Positions 28,778 through 36,405 of a stretch of 64,000 nt of DNA are shown piece after piece. The notes below the pieces were generated by a model that saw only the letters and a list, made by a program, of their open reading frames with translations, searched no databases and was not told the origin of the DNA. Both the position numbers and the translations under genes were made by a program. Each line of letters begins with the position of its first letter. Position 1 is the first letter of the stretch. The stretch comes from Bacteroidia bacterium (GTDB lineage: Bacteria; Bacteroidota; Bacteroidia; 2-12-FULL-35-15): the NCBI GenBank assembly GCA_038258655.1, contig JBBSPS010000001.1:7089-71088 (forward strand), read 5' to 3'.

Positions 28778-29752
28778 TTATCTTGTTAAATTGAATGATC
28801 CTTTACGTTCAAATGATTTACCATCAAAACCTTCCGCATTAATTATATAGAAATAAGTTCCTTCTTTTGCTTCTTCTCCTATTAAATTTTTACCATTCCA
28901 TTTACCATCCCATTTGTCTTCCGATTGATACACAGCTTTGCCTTTTTTATTAAAAATAATAGCATTCATGTTCTTAACATTTTTAGCCTCACATAAATAC
29001 ATTGGCAACTGAGTTCGTGAAAAATCAGTAGGAATGGATGATACAGACGAATTACCTATTACCTCTATTTTAACACTATCCAAGGTAGTTTTTCCATCTG
29101 CACCGATAGAAGTAAGTTTTACCGTATAAACCCCAGGTTCATTATAAATATGTACAGGGCTTGTTTCGGTTTCAACTACTTTACTGTCACCGTAGGTCCA
29201 TTTATTAACTTTTCCTGTTCCATTATTCATAAGACTTACAATCAATGGTATTGTTCCAGCAACTGGTGTGGCAAAAATATTAGCTACTTGTTTTTCAGAA
29301 AACTTGTGAATCACGGATTCCATTTCCTTTTTATTTGTTTTCGCTATGATCGCTTCGTTTGTTTTATTTGATTCAGAAGAAACGACCGTTTTTTTATCAG
29401 CTAATTTTTGTTCGGCTTTTACAGCAACAGGGCCTGGCTCATTAATAGCCATTTGAGCCGGTTTCTCAATAGTAGTTGCCGGAACAACCAATTTATTATT
29501 CTCTGTTGATTGTGTTTTATCGCTGTTTGTCCAATGCATTACCATTATAGTACTGATAACAGTTGCAACCGATGAAACAATAGCGATAATAGTACTGGTG
29601 CCTATTTTATTCAAAATTACTTTAACCAAAATACCTAAACCAAAACCTTTTAAACCGATCTGAATATTTTTCCAAACATTGGAACTCACTTCCGGTTCAA
29701 AGTTTTCAAACTCCTTTTTAAACAGATCTTCTATCTCATCGTCTTTTTTCAT
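28778..29752 (-). CDS. Putative anti-sigma factor with a PKD domain and a T9SS type B-like C-terminal domain
   Basis: N-terminus DEIEDLFKKEFENFEPEVSSNVWKNIQ is typical of Bacteroidota anti-sigma partners. One TM segment. PKD-like block TYGDS...PGVYTVKLT. C-terminal IFNKKGKAVYQSEDKWDGKWNGKNL...GTYFYII...KGSFNLTR. The start overlaps the sigma stop (ATGA). Confidence 0.6.
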   Translation of the reverse strand: MKKDDEIEDLFKKEFENFEPEVSSNVWKNIQIGLKGFGLGILVKVILNKIGTSTIIAIVSSVATVISTIMVMHWTNSDKTQSTENNKLVVPATTIEKPAQMAINEPGPVAVKAEQKLADKKTVVSSESNKTNEAIIAKTNKKEMESVIHKFSEKQVANIFATPVAGTIPLIVSLMNNGTGKVNKWTYGDSKVVETETSPVHIYNEPGVYTVKLTSIGADGKTTLDSVKIEVIGNSSVSSIPTDFSRTQLPMYLCEAKNVKNMNAIIFNKKGKAVYQSEDKWDGKWNGKNLIGEEAKEGTYFYIINAEGFDGKSFERKGSFNLTR

Positions 29753-30285
29753 GTCTTTTTTCTATCTATTTGTATTATTTTTTGTAAATATGCTTTTGCC
29801 CTTGAATACTGCGATTTAGATGTCCCTTCCGAGATATCCAGCATACCCCCTATTTCCTTATGTGAATAACCTTCAATAGCATATAAGTTAAACACCGTTC
29901 TAAATCCCGATGGCAATGTTTGTATTATCTTCAATAAATCCTTTGCCGCAAAACTCTCATATATGTAACTGGCGGAAGGAAGCATAAATTCCACACTATC
30001 CAGCTCTACATTCTGCTTTAATCTCTTATTTTTTCTGATATTGGTAAGCGCTGTGTTTACCATTATCTTTCTGATCCAACCCTCTAACGAGCCTGTTCCT
30101 TTAAAAGCCGCAATATTTTCAAAAATACTGATAAACGCAATTTGAACTACATCCTCCGCCTCTTCTGTGCTATCGCAGTAGCGAAGGCACACCCCCATCA
30201 TTTTACGTGCAAATTTTTCGTATAAATGTTTTTGAGCAATGGCATTTTTTTCGATGCACCCTTTAACTATTTGCTCATCAGTCAT
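29749..30285 (-). CDS. ECF-type RNA polymerase sigma-70 factor
   Basis: Region 2 and region 4 features; 178 aa. Confidence 0.85.
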   Translation of the reverse strand: MTDEQIVKGCIEKNAIAQKHLYEKFARKMMGVCLRYCDSTEEAEDVVQIAFISIFENIAAFKGTGSLEGWIRKIMVNTALTNIRKNKRLKQNVELDSVEFMLPSASYIYESFAAKDLLKIIQTLPSGFRTVFNLYAIEGYSHKEIGGMLDISEGTSKSQYSRAKAYLQKIIQIDRKKT

Positions 30286-30373
30286 ATTTAATTTCTATTG
30301 TGTAGACGCAAAGTTGCATTATTTGGTTGCATCCTAAAAACTTTTTTTGATTTATTTAGCTACTTTTGTAGTA

Positions 30374-32785
30374 ATGAAGAAAAATTTTAAGAATAAACAG
30401 CAAGGAAAGAAAAAAAGTTTTTTGTTTGAAGAGATCATAAAGGTCTTATCTAGAACTCCTGCTAAGACATTGAACTATAAACAGATTGCAGCTGAGCTGA
30501 ATATTACCGATCATTCACAACGGCTATTGATCAATTCCATTTTGGAAGAGTTAAAGAATAATGGCACTGTTTCCGAACCGGAACGCGGCAAATTCAAGAT
30601 AAAATCCATTGAAAAGATCATTACAGGAAGGGTAGATATGACCGCAAGCGGTACCGCTTACATTGTTTCGGAAGAAACAGAGGACGACGTGGTGATCAAC
30701 CAGAAGAAAACCCTGAATGCCATGCATGGCGACACGGTAAAAGTAAGATTATTTCCAAAAAGCAAAGGCAAACAGGAAGGTGAAATCATTGAAGTGGTGC
30801 AACGAGCCAAGACCGAGTTTGTTGGTACCATTCAGATATCACCACGTTTCGCATTTTTAGTCCCTAGCAATATTAAGATCCATACAGATATATATATTCC
30901 ACTCGAAAAATTAAACGGTGCTAAAGACGGGCAAAAAGCCATTGCCAGAATTACAGAATGGCCTAAAAATGGCGTAAATCCTATCGGAGAGATCATTGAT
31001 GTATTAGGTAATGTAGGTGAAAATAATACCGAAATGCATGCCATACTTGCTGAATATGGCTTACCATACGAATTTCCGAAAGATGTAGAACGTGCAGCCG
31101 ATTTGATTCCTGTTAAAATTACAGCCGATGAGATCGCTAAAAGACGTGATTTTCGTGAAATTACCACCTTTACCATTGACCCTGTTGATGCGAAAGACTT
31201 TGATGATGCATTATCCATCCAAAAATTACAGAATGGCAACTGGGAAATAGGCGTTCATATTGCTGATGTGAGCCATTATGTAAAACCTGATTCAATGATC
31301 GATAAAGAAGCTGTTTCCCGTGCGACTTCTGTTTATTTAGTAGATAGAGTTGTACCAATGCTTCCCGAAGTATTATCAAACAATGTATGTTCGCTTCGGC
31401 CACATGAAGAAAAATTATGTTTCTCTTCTGTATTTGAAATGAATGATGATGCAGAAGTATTAACTGAATGGTTCGGAAGAACAATTATTAATTCCGACAG
31501 GCGATTTACATACGAAGAAGCTCAACGGGTTATTGAAACCGAAGAAGGTGATTTCAGCGAAGAAATTTTAACGCTTGATCGTTTAGCAAAAACATTACGT
31601 GCAAATCGTTTTAAAACAGGCAGTATCGCTTTCGAAAAGATGGAAGTAAAATTCCATTTGGATGAAGTAGGAAATCCAACAGGCGTATTTTTTAAAGTCG
31701 CAAAAGATTCCAATCAATTGATCGAAGATTTTATGTTGTTGGCGAATAGAAAAGTTGCGGAATTTGTTGGGAAGAAGAAAAAGGACGAAGGACGATCAAA
31801 AACTGAGAGTAGAACTGAATCACAGCGGCCATTCGTATATCGTATCCATGATAAACCAAACCCTGATAAACTAGCCAATTTCGCAGAGTTTGTAGGTAAG
31901 TTCGGTTACAAATTAAATGTAAAAAATATAAATACTGTTGCTGATTCAATGAATAATTTATTGAAAGAAGTGAATCAGAAAAAAGAATCGGGAATGATCG
32001 AGATGCTTGCTATCCGTACAATGGCGAAGGCTGTATACACTACAAAAAATATCGGGCATTACGGTTTAGGATTTGATTATTACACGCACTTCACTTCTCC
32101 TATCCGCCGTTACCCGGATGTAATGGTGCATAGATTATTACAACATTATTTAGATGGGGGTAAAAACCCGGATATTGATAAACTGGAAGAGCAATGCAAA
32201 CATTCTTCCGACATGGAAAAACTGGCAGCAGATGCCGAGCGTGCGTCCATCAAATACAAACAGGTACAATTCTTAACAGATAAAATTGGTGAAGAATTTG
32301 ACGGAATTATTTCCGGCGTAACCGAGTGGGGAATTTTTGTAGAGATTATTGAAAATCATTGTGAAGGAATGGTACGCTTGCGCGAATTGCGTGACGACAA
32401 TTATTATTTTGATGAAGATAATTATTGTTTGCGCGGCAGAAAATTCGGTAAAATTCTTACTCTTGGCGATAAGGTACGTATTGAAATAAAACGCGCCGAC
32501 TTAATTAAAAAACAATTGGATTTTGCTTTGGTAGAAGTGTTGGAAGAAGAGAAAAACACTTCAGCATCATCTAAAAAATTTGAACGACCTTCAAACAATA
32601 ATAAACAAGAACGCAAACCCTTCAATAAACAAAAAGACAAATTCTTCAACAAACAAAAACAGGGAAATAAACCTCCCGATAAATCTTTTGATGATTCATT
32701 TACTCCACCCCCGAAAAAAGATGTCCCTAAAAAACCACCAACAGCAGGCAAAAATTTTGATGAAGAATGGGGATTTGAGGTGTAA
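30374..32785 (+). CDS. rnr: Ribonuclease R
   Basis: RNB domain (HIADVSHYV), a C-terminal S1 domain, and a Lys-rich tail. The start is probably MKKNFKNK at 30374 rather than the track start 30347. Confidence 0.9.
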   Translation: MKKNFKNKQQGKKKSFLFEEIIKVLSRTPAKTLNYKQIAAELNITDHSQRLLINSILEELKNNGTVSEPERGKFKIKSIEKIITGRVDMTASGTAYIVSEETEDDVVINQKKTLNAMHGDTVKVRLFPKSKGKQEGEIIEVVQRAKTEFVGTIQISPRFAFLVPSNIKIHTDIYIPLEKLNGAKDGQKAIARITEWPKNGVNPIGEIIDVLGNVGENNTEMHAILAEYGLPYEFPKDVERAADLIPVKITADEIAKRRDFREITTFTIDPVDAKDFDDALSIQKLQNGNWEIGVHIADVSHYVKPDSMIDKEAVSRATSVYLVDRVVPMLPEVLSNNVCSLRPHEEKLCFSSVFEMNDDAEVLTEWFGRTIINSDRRFTYEEAQRVIETEEGDFSEEILTLDRLAKTLRANRFKTGSIAFEKMEVKFHLDEVGNPTGVFFKVAKDSNQLIEDFMLLANRKVAEFVGKKKKDEGRSKTESRTESQRPFVYRIHDKPNPDKLANFAEFVGKFGYKLNVKNINTVADSMNNLLKEVNQKKESGMIEMLAIRTMAKAVYTTKNIGHYGLGFDYYTHFTSPIRRYPDVMVHRLLQHYLDGGKNPDIDKLEEQCKHSSDMEKLAADAERASIKYKQVQFLTDKIGEEFDGIISGVTEWGIFVEIIENHCEGMVRLRELRDDNYYFDEDNYCLRGRKFGKILTLGDKVRIEIKRADLIKKQLDFALVEVLEEEKNTSASSKKFERPSNNNKQERKPFNKQKDKFFNKQKQGNKPPDKSFDDSFTPPPKKDVPKKPPTAGKNFDEEWGFEV

Positions 32786-32884
32786 GTTTAACTATTCATA
32801 TTATTTATATTAATGCTATAAGTTCTTTTATTTGATCATCGGTGATACGAGTATTTCTTTTTTTGCCATTATTTTAATTTTTAT

Positions 32885-32912
32885 GGCCGCAAAATGCGGC
32901 CTTAAGTTTTTT
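32885..32912 (+). terminator. Rho-independent terminator after rnr
   Basis: GGCCGC, loop aaaat, GCGGCC, then TTAAGTTTTTT. Confidence 0.65.
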
Positions 32913-32942
32913 ATTTGATTTACTAAAATCTTAAAAACCAGT

Positions 32943-35054
32943 TCAGGAAATTCTGCTCCAATTCGTTTTACTACTATTCATCAAAGCAAATTGGTACGCA
33001 ATATTACTGTTCTCAGGCTTTTCAAGATTAGGGTCTTCCGATAATAATTCAATTGCCATGTTACGTGCTGCATATAATATTTGTGCATCTTTCGCAAGGT
33101 CAGCAATACGCAAATCCAACACACCACTTTGCATGGTGCCTGCCATATCACCGGGTCCGCGTAATTTTAAATCTACATCAGCAATTTCAAAACCATCATT
33201 GGTTCTGCACATAGTTTCCATTCGTAATTTACCATCGCTACCCAATTTATAAGACGTCATTAAAATACAATAAGATTGTTCCGCGCCTCTACCCACTCGT
33301 CCGCGCAACTGATGCAATTGTGATAAACCAAAACGTTCGGCACTTTCAATCACCATCACACTAGAGTTGGGGACATCTACCCCAACTTCTATCACCGTAG
33401 TTGCCACCATAATATTTGTTTCACCTCTTACAAAGCGTTGCATCTCATATTCTTTTGCATCCGCTTTCATTTGTCCGTGTACAATACTTACCTGATATTT
33501 CGGAAGTGGGAATGCACGTGTAATACTTTCATAACCATCCATCAGGTCTTTGTAATCCATCTTTTCAGATTCTTTGATGAGAGGATACACCACATAAATT
33601 TGTCGGCCCAATGCAATTTGTTCTCGCATAAAACCAAACACTCTGTCTCTGTGACTGTCGAAGCGATGTACGGTTTGTATTGCTTTACGTCCCGGAGGCA
33701 TTTCATCAATCACACTCACATCAATGTCTCCATACAAGGTCATTGCCAATGTGCGTGGGATGGGCGTTGCACTCATGATCAATACATGCGGAGGTTGTGT
33801 ATTTTTTTTCCACATCTGCGCACGTTGCGCTACACCAAAACGATGTTGCTCATCGATCACCACCAAACCAATATTTTTAAATTGTACTTCATCTTCCAGC
33901 AAAGCATGCGTTCCAATCAAAATATGCATTTCACCGCTTTGCAATTGTTCATGTAATACTCTTCGTTCTTTTGCTTTTTTAGATCCGGTTAGTAAACCTA
34001 CTTTTATATTTAATGGCGCTAATAATTTTGAAATAGTTTCATAATGTTGATTGGCAAGTATTTCTGTTGGTGCCATCAAACAGGCCTGAAATCCATTATC
34101 CAAAGCAATTAACATATTCATTAACGCCACCAATGTTTTTCCGCTTCCTACATCACCTTGCAACAAACGATTCATTTGTTTGCCGCTACCCATATCCAAA
34201 CGGACTTCTTTGATGACACGTTTTTGTGCATTGGTTAATTCAAACGGTAAATAGTTAGTATAAAAGTTGTTGAAATAATCGCCGACTTTTGAAAATACAA
34301 AACCACGAAATATTTTTTCGCGCAAATTTTTTTGTTTTAATAATTTAAGCTGAATAAAAAACAGTTCTTCAAATTTTAATCTGAATTCTGCTTTTTTTAG
34401 TGTTTCAGGATCTTTCGGAAAATGAATTTGTTTTACCGCTTCTTCACGGGATATTAATTGAAACCGCTCACAAACAGGAATAGAAAGCGTTTCGGGGATA
34501 TTATTTTTGATCAAAGATACCAACGCGTTTTGCATACGAGCAATTCCTTTGGTATCCATACTTTTTGCTTTTAACTTGTCGGTGCTATTGTACACCGCTT
34601 GTAAAGCACTTGCCAAAGTGGTATTGTCTTCACTCACTAATTCAATTTCAGGATGAGCGATATTAAATTTCCCATTAAAATTGGTTGGTTTTCCAAATAC
34701 AATATATTCATTTGAGGCATGCGGTTTTATTTTTTCAGAGATCCATTTTGCACCTTGGAACCATACCAATTCCAGTTTTCCTGTTTCATCCGCAAAAGTG
34801 GCGACAAAACGTTGCGCACGTTTTACACCCACCATTTGTGTATTAATAATTTTTCCGCGCAATTGCACGTAGGGCAAGTCGGCATTAATTTCTTTTACTT
34901 TATAAAATTTGGTGCGGTCAACATAACGGAAAGGATAATAGGTAAGCAAATCGGAATACGTATAAATATGCAATTCTTTTTTAAGCACCTCCGCTCGTTG
35001 AGGGCCAACGCTTTTGAGGTATTCAATGGGAGTATTTAAAAAAGTGCTGGACAT
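32943..35054 (-). CDS. recG: ATP-dependent DNA helicase RecG
   Basis: Wedge domain, helicase motifs (GDVGSGKT, DEQHRFGV), 703 aa. Confidence 0.93.
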   Translation of the reverse strand: MSSTFLNTPIEYLKSVGPQRAEVLKKELHIYTYSDLLTYYPFRYVDRTKFYKVKEINADLPYVQLRGKIINTQMVGVKRAQRFVATFADETGKLELVWFQGAKWISEKIKPHASNEYIVFGKPTNFNGKFNIAHPEIELVSEDNTTLASALQAVYNSTDKLKAKSMDTKGIARMQNALVSLIKNNIPETLSIPVCERFQLISREEAVKQIHFPKDPETLKKAEFRLKFEELFFIQLKLLKQKNLREKIFRGFVFSKVGDYFNNFYTNYLPFELTNAQKRVIKEVRLDMGSGKQMNRLLQGDVGSGKTLVALMNMLIALDNGFQACLMAPTEILANQHYETISKLLAPLNIKVGLLTGSKKAKERRVLHEQLQSGEMHILIGTHALLEDEVQFKNIGLVVIDEQHRFGVAQRAQMWKKNTQPPHVLIMSATPIPRTLAMTLYGDIDVSVIDEMPPGRKAIQTVHRFDSHRDRVFGFMREQIALGRQIYVVYPLIKESEKMDYKDLMDGYESITRAFPLPKYQVSIVHGQMKADAKEYEMQRFVRGETNIMVATTVIEVGVDVPNSSVMVIESAERFGLSQLHQLRGRVGRGAEQSYCILMTSYKLGSDGKLRMETMCRTNDGFEIADVDLKLRGPGDMAGTMQSGVLDLRIADLAKDAQILYAARNMAIELLSEDPNLEKPENSNIAYQFALMNSSKTNWSRIS

Positions 35055-35120
35055 ATTAGTTTTACGAATTTACAAAAAATGAATGAGCTACAGTAGAAGT
35101 GCGAAGTATCAAATGAAGTT

Positions 35121-35270
35121 TTACAGGTTGCTCCTATGGAGTTATTAAAGCTCTTGTTTTTCTTATCTATAAACAGTACGCTCCTATGGAGCTAAAAAAT
35201 TAAGCCCCAGAGGGGCACTGCTTGTAGAAATAATGTATATATAATAATCAAACTCCGTAGGAGCGGCCGG
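35121..35270. repeat. Three copies of the palindromic motif GCTCCTAYGGAGC (two direct, one inverted), plus a GCCCCagaGGGGC palindrome
   Basis: Copies at 35130-35141, 35180-35191 and, inverted, 35254-35265. The two direct copies share extended flanks (ACAG..GCTCCTATGGAG.TAwwAAAG). Confidence 0.5.
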
Positions 35271-35279
35271 TAAAATATA

Positions 35280-35310
35280 ATGCCTTACTATTAGTCACAA
35301 TAGCAAGGCA
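35280..35310 (-). terminator. Candidate terminator for the convergent LTXXQ-protein gene
   Basis: TGCCTTaCTATT / AATAGCAAGGCA stem with a 6 nt loop, followed on the minus strand by TTATATTTTA. Confidence 0.4.
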
Positions 35311-35322
35311 TTATATAAATAT

Positions 35323-35380
35323 CATTCTGAGTATAGAACATCTTATCTTAAAAGCAAGATTCTTCGCTATGCTCAGAATG
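35323..35380. other. 14 bp inverted repeat whose arms match the murC-ftsQ hairpin arms
   Basis: CATTCTGAGTATAG, a 30 nt spacer, then CTATGCTCAGAATG. Its 3' side (CTTCGCTATGCTCAG) resembles CTTCGACTACGCTCAG at 5241. Confidence 0.5.
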
Positions 35381-35393
35381 GACTGGAATGAAA

Positions 35394-35789
35394 TTACTTT
35401 TGTGGGGGAGCCGAGGGTGGCGGTGGAGTTCCATTTGATCCGGATGGCCGTCTTTCATGACGTTTATCTTTTTCTTCCTCTCGTATTTGTTGCAACTTTT
35501 GAAATTGCTCAGGAGTTAAAATGGCTTTCATTTCAGCTTCTCTTTTCTCCTTGTCGGGTTTAGCGCCTTTCGATTTTTGTTCTCTTTCCTGCTCTCTGCT
35601 TAAAATCAATGCTTTCATTTTTGTTTGTTGATCAGGGTTTAATCCCAGTTCTTTGGTCATCCTTTTTGTCATATTATCAGCACGTTCTTCTGGACTTTTT
35701 TTAGGAGCATTGCTTTCTTGCTGCTCTTGTGCAAGTAAATTTACGGAAGCTATCGCGACAGCAAATAACATTAAAATTGTTTTTTTCAT
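35394..35789 (-). CDS. Secreted LTXXQ-motif (Spy/CpxP-like) periplasmic protein, hypothetical
   Basis: Signal peptide MKKTILMLFAVAIASVNLLAQ; repeated L.PDQQ.K / LTPEQFQKL helices; Pro-rich tail. The start is taken at Met26 of the track ORF. Confidence 0.55.
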   Translation of the reverse strand: MKKTILMLFAVAIASVNLLAQEQQESNAPKKSPEERADNMTKRMTKELGLNPDQQTKMKALILSREQEREQKSKGAKPDKEKREAEMKAILTPEQFQKLQQIREEEKDKRHERRPSGSNGTPPPPSAPPQK

Positions 35790-35895
35790 AATTATAAGAG
35801 TGGTTTTGATTTGATACTGTGACCATGAAATTAAAGAATAGTTTAATCGGGAAATAAGAATCATTAAAATTTATTCGAAAAATATATTATTGGCT

Positions 35896-35980
35896 TACCC
35901 ACTTTCTCGATAACCTCGAAATGCCTACACGCCATACCTGATAATCATTTCGAGTAGTTTCGCCATCGAGAAAGTGGGTA
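35896..35980. other. Compound hairpin of about 85 nt: a 16 bp perfect outer stem plus a 9 bp inner stem
   Basis: Outer stem TACCCACTTTCTCGAT / ATCGAGAAAGTGGGTA; inner stem CTCGAAATG / CATTTCGAG. Lies between the LTXXQ gene start and the csp promoter. Confidence 0.55.
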
Positions 35981-36054
35981 GTGATAATAATAATTTAAAA
36001 TAAAATTCAAACAGTTTCTAAATTTATGTTTGCCTTTCCGAAAACCAAACTCTA

Positions 36055-36084
36055 TTTGTTTTAGTATATATTTTTATATCTTTG
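36055..36084 (+). promoter_or_regulatory. Candidate Bacteroidota sigma-A promoter for csp (-33 TTTG, -7 TAtcTTTG)
   Basis: TTTG at 36055-36058. TATCTTTG at 36077-36084, 18 nt downstream. Roughly 30 nt before the ATG. Confidence 0.35.
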
Positions 36085-36114
36085 TATAATATTAATTTTA
36101 ATTTATAATTTATA

Positions 36115-36306
36115 ATGAAAACAGGCACAGTAAAATTTTTTAATGTTTCTAAAGGATTTGGATTTATCACAGTAGATGGTAGTAACCAAGAACTTTTCGT
36201 TCACGTAACGGGCTTAATTGACCAAGTTCGTGATGGCGATAAAGTAACTTTTGAAGAAGCAGAAGGTAAAAAAGGCTTAAATGCAGTAGATGTAAGAAAA
36301 GCATAA
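36115..36306 (+). CDS. Cold-shock protein (CspA family)
   Basis: GTVKFFNVSKGFGFI and the RNP motifs; 63 aa. Confidence 0.92.
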   Translation: MKTGTVKFFNVSKGFGFITVDGSNQELFVHVTGLIDQVRDGDKVTFEEAEGKKGLNAVDVRKA

Positions 36307-36325
36307 TTGTAAAACACCTTTAATG

Positions 36326-36365
36326 AAAATCCCGTCCCGCAATAATGCAGGACGGGATTTTTTAT
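36326..36365 (+). terminator. Rho-independent terminator after csp
   Basis: AAATCCCGTCC, a 12 nt loop, GGACGGGATTT, then TTTT. Confidence 0.7.
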
Positions 36366-36405
36366 GGATTTTACACAGCTTATAAAGCTCTGCATACTAT
36401 CCGAA

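Noticed and set aside
30301-30373. Sigma-A promoter call for rnr (TACTTTTG at 30361-30368)
   Set aside because: It matches TAnnTTTG but lies 5 nt from the ATG, and there is no correctly spaced -33 TTTG. It would imply a leaderless transcript; too uncertain to list.
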